From: Bacteroidota bacterium
GTDB taxonomy: Bacteria; Bacteroidota; Ignavibacteria; UBA10030; UBA8401
Direction: 5' to 3'
Length of the DNA stretch: 64,000 nt
Assembly (NCBI GenBank): GCA_027622375.1
Contig: JAQCAB010000009.1
Coordinates: 743-64,742 of the forward strand
Shown piece after piece: positions 49,578 through 58,529 of this stretch. The translations under genes were made by a program, and so were the position numbers. The notes beneath the pieces were generated by a model. The model searched no databases. It had not been told where the DNA came from and saw only the letters and a program-made list of their open reading frames with translations. Position 1 is the stretch's first letter. Every line of letters starts with the position of its first letter.

Positions 49578-50521
49578 TGAATCAATTTCCATTTTTTGTT
49601 GAAGAAGTTTTAATGGGTGATAAACGTGCTGTTGCAAAAGCAATCTCATTTGTAGAAAATGGTGAAAATGGAAAAATAGAATTCCTTCACAAAATTTTTA
49701 AAAATCGCAAAAATGGATATAGAATTGGAATAACTGGTCCGCCCGGTGCAGGTAAAAGTACAATTACAGCAAAGCTCGCAATACTTTATAGAAATTTAGG
49801 ATTTCGTGTTGGAATAATTGCAGTTGATCCAACAAGCCCATTTACTGGTGGCGCGCTTTTGGGCGACAGAGTTCGTATGTCAGAAATTGAACTTGATAAA
49901 AATATTTTTATAAGAAGTATGGCTTCCCGGGGAAGTTTGGGTGGATTAAGTAATTCAACAAGTGAAGTTGTTGATATTTTAGATAGTGCAGGTTTTGAAA
50001 TTATTTTAATTGAAACTGTTGGTGTCGGTCAATCAGAACTGGATATTGTAAGAGCTGCCGATACAACAATCGTAACTTTGGTTCCGGAATCTGGAGACGT
50101 GATTCAAGCAATGAAGGCGGGATTAATGGAAATTGCTGATTTATTTATACTAAATAAATCTGATAGACCTGGATCTGAACAGGCTGTAATGTCGATCCAA
50201 ACTGTTTTGGGATTAAGAGAACACGATGAAAAAAGTTGGATTCCGAAAATTATAAAAACTGTTGCAACGGAGGGTAAGGGTATCGAAAAAATTATTTCTG
50301 CTGTTGATGAACATAAAAATAAATTAATTTCGAATGGATTATTTAAAATAAAAAGAATTGAAAGAGAAAAAGAAAGAATAGAAGAACTTGTAAATAGTAA
50401 ATTATCCAATTCTTTTTGGAGCGAAGAAAAGAAAAATTTACTTAATAAATTTTTACCAGATCTAATTGAAAATAAACTTACGCCTTACGAATTGATTGAA
50501 AAAATATTTCAAGAAAAATAG
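49577..50521 (+). CDS. meaB: MeaB/ArgK-type G3E-family GTPase (metallochaperone)
   Basis: P-loop GITGPPGAGKST, switch regions IETVGVGQSE and the LNKSD motif. Confidence 0.8.
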   Translation: MNQFPFFVEEVLMGDKRAVAKAISFVENGENGKIEFLHKIFKNRKNGYRIGITGPPGAGKSTITAKLAILYRNLGFRVGIIAVDPTSPFTGGALLGDRVRMSEIELDKNIFIRSMASRGSLGGLSNSTSEVVDILDSAGFEIILIETVGVGQSELDIVRAADTTIVTLVPESGDVIQAMKAGLMEIADLFILNKSDRPGSEQAVMSIQTVLGLREHDEKSWIPKIIKTVATEGKGIEKIISAVDEHKNKLISNGLFKIKRIEREKERIEELVNSKLSNSFWSEEKKNLLNKFLPDLIENKLTPYELIEKIFQEK

Positions 50522-50525
50522 AATC

Positions 50526-50924
50526 TTATTTTTTAGTAAATAATTTATTTAATACAATTCCAATTATTAACAATTCAATCATTCCAGCCAAATACCATTT
50601 TAAAGTCAATCCATAAGTAATTGGGAAAAGGGCATATGTAAAATATGCAACTGGGAGGAAAGAGATTAGTGACATATAAAATCCAAATCTAATTCCTTCG
50701 GCAACACCTAAATTTTCGTGACCTTTTGAATAAATAAAAGTTAATCCAAATGCCATAAACGCATAAGCCACATAGAAAACTATAAATTTATATTCCGCTC
50801 GAGTGATAGCTTTGATAGAATCCGATCCCCAATCATTTGCTAAAAAAAATGCATGAACAATCGGTTCCATTAAGCCAAGTAAAATAAATGTAACCAAAAC
50901 AGCTAACCAGAATTTTTTATCCAT
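50526..50924 (-). CDS. Hypothetical small membrane protein
   Basis: 132 aa with four predicted TM helices. No motif recognised. Confidence 0.35.
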   Translation of the reverse strand: MDKKFWLAVLVTFILLGLMEPIVHAFFLANDWGSDSIKAITRAEYKFIVFYVAYAFMAFGLTFIYSKGHENLGVAEGIRFGFYMSLISFLPVAYFTYALFPITYGLTLKWYLAGMIELLIIGIVLNKLFTKK

Positions 50925-50956
50925 AAAATATCCTTAATTAAATTGAAAATTATTTA

Positions 50957-51688
50957 CTAAATATTCCTTTGTTTAAAAACCTCGTACATAAAAATTCCAC
51001 CAGCAACTGAAGCATTTAAAGAATCAAATGATTGCGACATTGGAATTTTTAAAATTACGTCACAATTTTCTTTTACAAGTTTGCGAATTCCACGACCTTC
51101 ATTACTAATAATTATAGCAATTGGTTCTTTCATATCAAAATTCGTGAAAGAAGTTTTTGAATCCATATCAGATCCAATTACGGAAACATTTTGGTTTTTC
51201 AATTCCATAATTGCTGAATTAATATTATTTACTCTTGCAAGTGGAAAATGTTCAACTGCACCTGCAGAAGTTTTTGCAACAGTTTGGCCGATTGGGGCTG
51301 AATGATGTTTTGGAATTATTCCACCATGGGCGCCGCAACAAAGTGCAGTTCTAATTAATGCACCCAAATTATGTGGATCTTCAATCTCATCAAAAATAAT
51401 TAAAAATGGATTTTCATTTTTAGATTTTGCAATCGAAAGCAGCGCATCAATTGTAACAAAAATATGTTCTGCAACTTCTGCAATTACACCTTGCGAATTT
51501 TGTGAATTTGGAAGTCTATCAAAATCCCTTTTATGTATATGTTGAAATTTAGTGTTTTGCTTTTTTGCGAGATTGATAATAGCATCAATAATTTTACCTT
51601 CAGCTGTTTGTGAAATATAAATTTTTAAGATTTCACGCTCAGCTTTTAAAGCTTCTAAAATTGGATTACGACCAAATAAATAATTCAT
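50957..51688 (-). CDS. rlmB: 23S rRNA (guanosine-2'-O)-methyltransferase, SpoU/TrmH family
   Basis: N-terminal L30e-like domain plus SPOUT motifs (FDEIEDPHNLGALIRT, IISNEGRGI, LNASVAG). Confidence 0.8.
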   Translation of the reverse strand: MNYLFGRNPILEALKAEREILKIYISQTAEGKIIDAIINLAKKQNTKFQHIHKRDFDRLPNSQNSQGVIAEVAEHIFVTIDALLSIAKSKNENPFLIIFDEIEDPHNLGALIRTALCCGAHGGIIPKHHSAPIGQTVAKTSAGAVEHFPLARVNNINSAIMELKNQNVSVIGSDMDSKTSFTNFDMKEPIAIIISNEGRGIRKLVKENCDVILKIPMSQSFDSLNASVAGGIFMYEVFKQRNI

Positions 51689-51695
51689 TTAAAAA

Positions 51696-51863
51696 TTATT
51701 TTTTAATAAAAATTCTTTCTAAAAACCAACCACTGAAAAATGCAATTATACCACCAATAAATAAATAATATTCTCCCCATTGATCTCCTTGAACGCCAAC
51801 AACTAAAGCAATCATTAAAGCTGCAATTCCAAATGCTTCAAGTGTTTTTGAGACAATCTTCAT
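51696..51863 (-). CDS. Unannotated small membrane protein (55 aa), translationally coupled to the upstream gene
   Basis: ATG at 51863 overlaps TGA of the upstream gene (ATGA). Encodes MKIVSKTLEAFGIAALMIALVVGVQGDQWGEYYLFIGGIIAFFSGWFLERIFIKK with two hydrophobic helices. Absent from the ORF track (below 60 aa). Confidence 0.4.
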   Translation of the reverse strand: MKIVSKTLEAFGIAALMIALVVGVQGDQWGEYYLFIGGIIAFFSGWFLERIFIKK

Positions 51864-52096
51864 TTTAAAAGTAGTTCTCTTAATTTTGATTCTGAAATTC
51901 TACCAAACATTACTTCTTCATTATTCAACATAATTACAGGGAATTTAAATTTATAATTTTCAAATAAAATATTTTGCTCGTTTATTTTTTGGATTGAAAA
52001 GTTAAATTCAATTTTTGATTTTAATTTTAAGATTATTTTTTCTGCAATCTCACAAAGCTCGCAACCATCTTTACTAAATAAAATTAAATTCCTCAA
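51860..52096 (-). CDS. Glutaredoxin-like small thioredoxin-fold protein
   Basis: 78 aa with a CELC (CxxC) motif in the LILFSKDGCELCEIAEKIL context. Confidence 0.55.
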   Translation of the reverse strand: MRNLILFSKDGCELCEIAEKIILKLKSKIEFNFSIQKINEQNILFENYKFKFPVIMLNNEEVMFGRISESKLRELLLK

Positions 52097-52914
52097 ACAG
52101 TTATTATTTTTTGTGGCTTATTAATTTTAAAGTAACCGACCGATCCAATTAGAATTAAAGAAATTGCAATTAATTGTGCTTCAGATAATCCATAAATAAA
52201 TCTATCATTGATTCTAACAAATTCAATTAAAAATCTTTCAAAGCCGGCAACAAATAAATATTTCATGAACAGTGATCCATTTTTTAAATCATTTTTGCGA
52301 GTGAACCATAAAATCAAAAATAAAAAAGTGCAAATTAAAAATTCATAAATCGGAGTTGGATGGCAAAGAATTGTATCAGGTACAATTCCATTTACAAATT
52401 GAGAAGTTATTTCTGGAAAATTTTTAAATGCATATGATGGCGGATATGTTCCATTGGAATAATCTGTACCCCATGGTAAATTAGTTGGGAAGCCATAATC
52501 ACCATCACCAGCCAAATGGCATCCAATTCTTGCAAAGCCATAAGCAAATAATAATCCTGGGGCAGTTGCATCAGCAATAGTTAAAAATGAAATATTATTT
52601 TTTTTGCAAAAGTGCCAAATTAAATAAATTGCAAAAATAAATCCGCCATAAAATGTCAATCCACCTGGTGAGAAAGCCATTTGAAATGGGTTCTCAATAA
52701 AATATTTCCAATGTTCAAGAAGGTATAATATTTTTGAACCAACAATCCCGCCAACTAAAGCGCGAAAAGTAACATTGTTTGCAAATTCAGGATTTATTTT
52801 TTTTCGTTTAAGTTCGAGAGTCAATAAATAATTTGCAATTAAAAAACCCAAACCCATCATCAATCCAAAACTGTAAATTGGAATTCCCGCAATCTTGAAA
52901 AGAATTGGCCTCAT
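52093..52914 (-). CDS. lgt: Prolipoprotein diacylglyceryl transferase
   Basis: Multi-TM protein. Lgt-like N-terminus IPIYSFGLMMGLGFL and the ARIGCHLAGDGDYG block. Follows hisS with a 4-nt overlap. Confidence 0.65.
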   Translation of the reverse strand: MRPILFKIAGIPIYSFGLMMGLGFLIANYLLTLELKRKKINPEFANNVTFRALVGGIVGSKILYLLEHWKYFIENPFQMAFSPGGLTFYGGFIFAIYLIWHFCKKNNISFLTIADATAPGLLFAYGFARIGCHLAGDGDYGFPTNLPWGTDYSNGTYPPSYAFKNFPEITSQFVNGIVPDTILCHPTPIYEFLICTFLFLILWFTRKNDLKNGSLFMKYLFVAGFERFLIEFVRINDRFIYGLSEAQLIAISLILIGSVGYFKINKPQKIITV

Positions 52915-54173
52915 TTATTTATAATCAAATTTATTTCTTCAATATTGATTGGTAAATTAATTAATGAGGAGGTTCTTGTTTGCATATTTTTAATTAACAC
53001 TTTTTCCTCCGAAATCTCTTTTTCGCCTATAACTATAAGATATTCCGCATTTTGCCGATCTGCCTCGCGCATTTGTGATTTTAAACTTCTGTTTAATAAA
53101 TCAAAATCAGTTGAAATGCCGGCGTTGCGTAAATTATTTGCATTTTGAAAAACAATATTTTTACTTGATGTATCTGCAGATGCAATAAATAATTTTAGAG
53201 TTTTATTATTGATTAAATTTTGATTTTCTTTTTTTATTGCCATCAATAATCTTTCAATGCCACCTGCAAAACCAACAGCCGGAGTTTTTTTACCACCAAG
53301 TTGCGAAACTAAAAGATCATATCTCCCACCACCAGAAAGTGCATCTTGAGAACCCAAATTTTCGGAAATAAATTCAAATGCTGTTTTGGTGTAATAGTCA
53401 AGTCCACGAACAAGTCTATTATTTATCGTAAAATTTAAATTCACAGATTTTAAAATATTCTGCAATTCATCAAAGTGAGTTTTGCAAGAATCGCATAAAA
53501 ATTCGAAAATCAAAGGTAAATTTTTTGTTGCTTCAATATCTTCAGCTTCTTTTGAATCGAGAACTCGCAAAGGATTTTTTTCTAATCTCTCGCGACTTTG
53601 TGGAGTTAATTTATTTTTTAGACTAGTTAGGTTTTTTAGAATTGCATCTCTATAGTTTGGACGGCAATTTTCGCATCCAACAGAATTTAAAATCAATTTA
53701 AAATTTGTTAAACCTAAATTTTTAAAAATTGCAGAATTTAATAAAATAATTTCTGCATCTGCAGATGGTTCGGTTGATCCAAATATTTCAGCATCATATT
53801 GATGAAATTGTCTCAAGCGTCCAGCTTGTGGTCTTTCTTGTCTGAACATTGCTGAGATCTGATACAACTTTGTTGATGGCTGATCTTCGCCAATGTGGTT
53901 TTGAATAAATGATCGCACAATACTCGCGGTTGCTTCTGGTTTTAAAGTTATACTGTCATTACTTCTATCAAAAAAAGTGTACATCTCTTTTGAAACAATA
54001 TCAGTTTCTTCCCCGATACTTCTTTTAAAAAGAGAAGTCTGTTCAAGAAGTGGAGTTCTGATTTCTTTAAAATGAAATTGCTGACAAATATTATGGATTG
54101 TATTTTCTATAAATTGCCAGCTCTCGGTTTCAGCCGGCAAAATATCTTTCATTCCTTTAATGGACGAGATCAT
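52911..54173 (-). CDS. hisS: Histidine--tRNA ligase
   Basis: Class II aaRS motifs and the HisS-specific GGGRYD motif. C-terminal anticodon-binding domain. Confidence 0.9.
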   Translation of the reverse strand: MISSIKGMKDILPAETESWQFIENTIHNICQQFHFKEIRTPLLEQTSLFKRSIGEETDIVSKEMYTFFDRSNDSITLKPEATASIVRSFIQNHIGEDQPSTKLYQISAMFRQERPQAGRLRQFHQYDAEIFGSTEPSADAEIILLNSAIFKNLGLTNFKLILNSVGCENCRPNYRDAILKNLTSLKNKLTPQSRERLEKNPLRVLDSKEAEDIEATKNLPLIFEFLCDSCKTHFDELQNILKSVNLNFTINNRLVRGLDYYTKTAFEFISENLGSQDALSGGGRYDLLVSQLGGKKTPAVGFAGGIERLLMAIKKENQNLINNKTLKLFIASADTSSKNIVFQNANNLRNAGISTDFDLLNRSLKSQMREADRQNAEYLIVIGEKEISEEKVLIKNMQTRTSSLINLPINIEEINLIINK

Positions 54174-54176
54174 TTA

Positions 54177-54689
54177 TTAATGTACAAGTAAGGTTTCTTC
54201 AGTTGAAGCAAATAAATTATAAATTTCTTCAGAAGTGTTGAGCTCTTTTAGTTTTTCGCGGAAAGATTCTTCATTCATTAATCTTGAGACACGGCTTAAT
54301 AATTTTATATGAATATCAACTTGCTCTTCGGTGCAAAGCAAAAGAAAAACCAATCTAACTGGTTCACCATCAAGCGAATTGTAATCAATATCTTTCTCGG
54401 TTGTTGCAAACGCAACAGTTACATCTTTAACAGAATCTGTTTTTGCATGTGGAAAAGCAAAGCCATGTCCGACACCAGTAGAAATAATTTTTTCGCGTGT
54501 TAAAACTGCATCTAATATATTGTTTGAATTTATTATGTTTGGCGAGTTTTTTACAATTTCAAGCATTTTTGATATCAGTTCAAGTTTATCTGTTGCCGTA
54601 AGTTTAGCAACAATATTTTCAGGTTTTAAAATATCTTTTATTCTCATTTTTTTAAAATAATTTCTTTGAAATATAGCAGTTAAGTTCAA
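54177..54689 (-). CDS. ptsN: PTS EIIA(Ntr)-type regulatory protein (PtsN-like)
   Basis: PTS_EIIA_2 fold with the phosphorylatable His in GVGHGFAFPHAKTD. Confidence 0.7.
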   Translation of the reverse strand: MNLTAIFQRNYFKKMRIKDILKPENIVAKLTATDKLELISKMLEIVKNSPNIINSNNILDAVLTREKIISTGVGHGFAFPHAKTDSVKDVTVAFATTEKDIDYNSLDGEPVRLVFLLLCTEEQVDIHIKLLSRVSRLMNEESFREKLKELNTSEEIYNLFASTEETLLVH

Positions 54690-54783
54690 TAATGTAAAGA
54701 ATAAATTGCGATAAAATTCTTAACATTTATAATTTTATGGATATTGCATTTCGGCTGCAGATGAACTAATTTGAAATAAAATT

Positions 54784-56628
54784 GTGAAAACTCTCACTAA
54801 TTCTATTCATTTTTGGGTTGTACTTAGTTTAATATTTTTAATTGGAATATTTCTTATTTCAGAAAATACATTTGTATTAATATTGAGTGGGGGATCGGTT
54901 CTAATTTTATTTTATTTTTTGATAAATAAATTTCAATTGAATTCAATTTATAAATTAGCTGAGAATAGTTTTAAATCTGTTTCAGATAAAAAAGATAATA
55001 CTCCGATTGAGGTTTTACCAAAACACAATTTACTTGCAGAGGAAGTTTTTGAGTCAGTAGCAAAAATTGAAAAACAAGGCAAAATAAATATTGTTGAAGA
55101 TCAAAAATCAACAGAAGAAATTATTAAAGATGATCCAAGTAATTGGAACCCAACAGAAGAACTAAAAATTATTTTAGAGGATGTTTTAAAATTAACTCAT
55201 CAAATATTATTTACTTACACAACTTGTTTTTATTGGTATAATAATCAAACTCAACAATTAGTTTTAGCCGCTAAATTAACCGAAAGCCCAAATTTTTCTG
55301 ATCAAAAGAAAAAATTATTGGGTAATGATATTATTAGCGAAGCTGCTGTATTGAAGAAAGTAATAATTTTAAATCACATTTCAATAGAAAAAGAAAGTGA
55401 TGAACTTGGTTATTATACTTATCCACAGGGAATTCATTCTGCGATTGCAGTGCCGACACTTTTAACAAGTGGTGCGACTTCAAATGTTGTTGGAGTTTTA
55501 ATTGTTGATAGTAAAGCAGATGATGCATTTGGTGAAGAAACAATCAGTATTGTAAAAAATATTACACATTTAATCTCGTCAATAGTAAAATCGCACAGCG
55601 AAAAATTTGATTTGATATCAGATTCTACATTATTAAAAAGTGAACATAGAATAAAAAATAAAATTCGTTCGTTTAATGATGTTGTGAACGTAGTTAATCA
55701 ACTTGTTGAAGAAACTTCACAACTTGTAACATGGAATGCTCTCTCAACTATTTTATTTGATTCTGATTTGCAGAAATGGGTTGTGACAAGTTCGAGAACA
55801 AGATTCAATACAAAATATGTAGTATCAAAACAGGAAATTTCTTTAAATAATAGTATTGTCGGAAAATCTATTTTTGAAAATAAAATTCAATCAATCGAAA
55901 AATTTGAAGAAGAACTTTTACCAAGATTTATGTCGCAAGAAAAAGAAATTGGAATACTTGGTCGCGGTTCATTTTATTCAATTCCTATAAGTGGAATAAA
56001 TAAATGTTTTGGTGCATTAACAATTGAAACCTCCGAAGGGACAACGATTGCAAATAAAGAAATTGAAAATATTTATAATTTAACTTCACTTTGTGGATTA
56101 GTTTTTGAAATGCACAGTTTGTCATCTGCTGTAACATTTTATAAAAATTCTGATGAAATAAATTCACTTTTAAAACCAAACTACTTTAAAGACAGACTTG
56201 AGATTGAATTAAAGCGTGCTGATGATGTTGGAAGTGATATGACTTTTGTATTAATATCACTTTCGAACCCCGATGAAGTCCAGCTCCGTTATGGCCCTAA
56301 AGGATTTTTAGAGGCAATGAAGTCAGTGACTGATATAGTAGTTCAAAATGTAAGGGTTTATGATATTTTAGGAAGAATTGATGGAAGATTAATTGGTATA
56401 ATTTTAACACATACAACTGCAAACGAGGCGTATATTTGGGCTGAAAAAATAAGAAGTAGAATATCTTCATCATCAATTGTTTTTGAGGAAAGTAGTTTTT
56501 CTGTAACAGTTTCGTGCGGAGTTTGCGGAGCAATTGAGGGGATGACTTCCGAAATAATTATTGAAAACGCAGAAGAGGCTTTAAAAAAAGCAATAAAAAC
56601 AGGTGGAAATATGGTAGGAATTTATTAA
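54784..56628 (+). CDS. Membrane-anchored GAF-domain protein with degenerate GGDEF-like C-terminal domain
   Basis: Two N-terminal TM helices and a GAF-like middle region. The C-terminal domain aligns to diguanylate cyclases, but the GG(D/E)EF site reads RIDGRLI. GTG start. Confidence 0.55.
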   Translation: MKTLTNSIHFWVVLSLIFLIGIFLISENTFVLILSGGSVLILFYFLINKFQLNSIYKLAENSFKSVSDKKDNTPIEVLPKHNLLAEEVFESVAKIEKQGKINIVEDQKSTEEIIKDDPSNWNPTEELKIILEDVLKLTHQILFTYTTCFYWYNNQTQQLVLAAKLTESPNFSDQKKKLLGNDIISEAAVLKKVIILNHISIEKESDELGYYTYPQGIHSAIAVPTLLTSGATSNVVGVLIVDSKADDAFGEETISIVKNITHLISSIVKSHSEKFDLISDSTLLKSEHRIKNKIRSFNDVVNVVNQLVEETSQLVTWNALSTILFDSDLQKWVVTSSRTRFNTKYVVSKQEISLNNSIVGKSIFENKIQSIEKFEEELLPRFMSQEKEIGILGRGSFYSIPISGINKCFGALTIETSEGTTIANKEIENIYNLTSLCGLVFEMHSLSSAVTFYKNSDEINSLLKPNYFKDRLEIELKRADDVGSDMTFVLISLSNPDEVQLRYGPKGFLEAMKSVTDIVVQNVRVYDILGRIDGRLIGIILTHTTANEAYIWAEKIRSRISSSSIVFEESSFSVTVSCGVCGAIEGMTSEIIIENAEEALKKAIKTGGNMVGIY

Positions 56629-56667
56629 ATTTGTATTAGAAAAATTTAAAAAGGGTTTAACAAAAAA

Positions 56668-56862
56668 ATGGCCAAACGACAAGATTTCGCTGAAAAAGTA
56701 AAAAAAGCTACTATAGAAAAAGGTGTTAGGTGTCCAGTTTGTAATTCACAAAAAGTTCCGACACTTTTTGTAAATAGCATAAAAACAAATTTGGGATCTT
56801 ATAAATTTAAGCGAACAAACATACAAGTTTGTAAGTGCAACGAAAAATCAATTTACAATTAA
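56668..56862 (+). CDS. Small zinc-ribbon protein (hypothetical)
   Basis: 64 aa with CPVC and a distal CKC cysteine pair. Confidence 0.35.
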   Translation: MAKRQDFAEKVKKATIEKGVRCPVCNSQKVPTLFVNSIKTNLGSYKFKRTNIQVCKCNEKSIYN

Positions 56863-56911
56863 TAATCTACAATTTTATTTTAAAAAATAAACTATTGAAA
56901 AATCAATAGTA

Positions 56912-57196
56912 TTGGATAATCAATCACATTCAATAAAATTTGAACGGACTGTCAATAATGACGGTACGATCAATTTTAATTTTCCGGTTTCTGAAAAATT
57001 AAAAGTAAAACCGGGTGATAAAGTTACTATTAAAGTAACTGCAGGTGTAATTTCTGAAAAACTTACAAAGCATAAAGTAACTGAAGAAGAAATAGAAAAA
57101 ATTTCTAAAACTCAATTGGAAAAAATTGAAAATGTAATTGAATTTTTATCAGTTGAAGGAAGTCTGAAAAATAAAAAATATTTTAAAAAGTTTTAG
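56912..57196 (+). CDS. AbrB/MazE/SpoVT-like swapped-hairpin domain protein (putative antitoxin)
   Basis: IKFERTVNNDGTINFNFPVSEKLKVKPGDKVTIKV fits the AbrB/MazE fold pattern. The downstream gene starts 4 nt after its stop. Confidence 0.4.
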   Translation: MDNQSHSIKFERTVNNDGTINFNFPVSEKLKVKPGDKVTIKVTAGVISEKLTKHKVTEEEIEKISKTQLEKIENVIEFLSVEGSLKNKKYFKKF

Positions 57197-57199
57197 TTA

Positions 57200-57586
57200 A
57201 TGAAAAAAATTGTAATCGATAGTGATATTATAGTTGAACATTTGACCGTAAAAAAGTATCCATCAATTTTAAGAAAACTTTTAAGTAAATATTTTTGTTA
57301 TACAACAGTTTTTAATGCAATTGAACTTTTTAGTAAATGTAAAACAGACCTTGATCGTCAGTCGATGGCAAAGGCAATGAGTTGTATAAAACTTTTAGGA
57401 ATGAATCCTAAGCCTTCAATATCTTTTGGCAAGACCTATGCCAAAGGTCAGAAAAAAAATATCAAGGAAACATACACCTTTATTGCAACTTTATGTATTG
57501 AAGCTAAACTTACACTTGCTACACTTCGTCCAACTAAATATAGTTGGATAAAAAATTTACAAATTTTAAAAGATGATTCTTTTTAA
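57200..57586 (+). CDS. PIN-like domain protein (possibly degenerate VapC-type toxin)
   Basis: N-terminal [14 protein letters not shown] and central [17 protein letters not shown] resemble PIN strand-helix motifs. Several canonical acidic residues are substituted. Confidence 0.3.
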   Translation: MKKIVIDSDIIVEHLTVKKYPSILRKLLSKYFCYTTVFNAIELFSKCKTDLDRQSMAKAMSCIKLLGMNPKPSISFGKTYAKGQKKNIKETYTFIATLCIEAKLTLATLRPTKYSWIKNLQILKDDSF

Positions 57587-57621
57587 TAAACTTATTTAAC
57601 AATATATTAGGGCGATTTTTT

Positions 57622-58476
57622 ATGAAAATAACAAAAACATATACAAACCGCGAAAGCCAATCACTTGATAAATATCTTCAGGAAATTGGAAAAGTCAGTT
57701 TAATAACTCCGAGTGAAGAGATTGAACTTGCAATCCGAATAAAAAAGGGAGATCAACGCGCGCTCGATAAATTAACAAAAGCAAATTTAAGATTTGTCGT
57801 CAGTGTGGCAAAACAATATCAAAATCAAGGTTTATCTCTTGGCGATTTAATTAATGAAGGAAATGTTGGATTAATTAAAGCTGCAAAAAGATTTGATGAA
57901 ACCAGAGGATTTAAATTTATTTCGTACGCTGTGTGGTGGATTCGTCAATCAATTTTACAGGCACTTGCCGAACAATCAAGAATTGTAAGATTACCACTTA
58001 ATAGAGTTGGTGCATTAAATAAAATTGGTAAAGCCTATGGAGTTTTAGAACAGAAACTTGAACGCGAACCAACTGCAAGCGAGTTAGCTGAAGTTCTTGA
58101 TATGTCTCTTTATGAAGTTTCTGATACTTTAAAAATTTCAGGAAGGCATTTATCGATGGATGCTCCTTTTTCTCAAGGAGAGGATAATCGTTTGCTTGAT
58201 GTTGTTCAAGATGATAGACAACCTGCACCTGATTATAAATTAATGGAAGAGTCTTTGAAAGAAGAAGTTCAACGCTCGCTTGAATCATTAAATGAAAGGG
58301 AATCGGAAGTTATCAGACTTTATTTTGGTTTACAACGTGAGCACTCTTTAACATTAGAAGAAATTGGTGAAAAATTTAATTTAACAAGAGAAAGAGTTCG
58401 TCAGATAAAAGAAAAAGCAATCAGACGTTTGCGCCACACTACACGTAGTAAAGCATTACGTGCATATCTTGGCTAA
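57622..58476 (+). CDS. rpoD: RNA polymerase primary sigma factor, short Bacteroidetes/Chlorobi type
   Basis: 284 aa with regions 2.x ([18 protein letters not shown]), 3 and 4.2 ([19 protein letters not shown]). Confidence 0.9.
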   Translation: MKITKTYTNRESQSLDKYLQEIGKVSLITPSEEIELAIRIKKGDQRALDKLTKANLRFVVSVAKQYQNQGLSLGDLINEGNVGLIKAAKRFDETRGFKFISYAVWWIRQSILQALAEQSRIVRLPLNRVGALNKIGKAYGVLEQKLEREPTASELAEVLDMSLYEVSDTLKISGRHLSMDAPFSQGEDNRLLDVVQDDRQPAPDYKLMEESLKEEVQRSLESLNERESEVIRLYFGLQREHSLTLEEIGEKFNLTRERVRQIKEKAIRRLRHTTRSKALRAYLG

Positions 58477-58499
58477 AAAAAATAATCTAATTTTAAATT

Positions 58500-58529
58500 C
58501 CCCCCTCAAATTGAGGGGATTTTTTTTTA
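58500..58529 (+). terminator. Rho-independent terminator after rpoD
   Basis: CCCCTC-AAATT-GAGGGG followed by a 9-T run. Confidence 0.7.

Noticed and set aside
54784-56628. Active diguanylate cyclase
   Set aside because: The GG(D/E)EF catalytic pentapeptide is replaced by IDGRL in the aligned position, so catalytic activity is unlikely.
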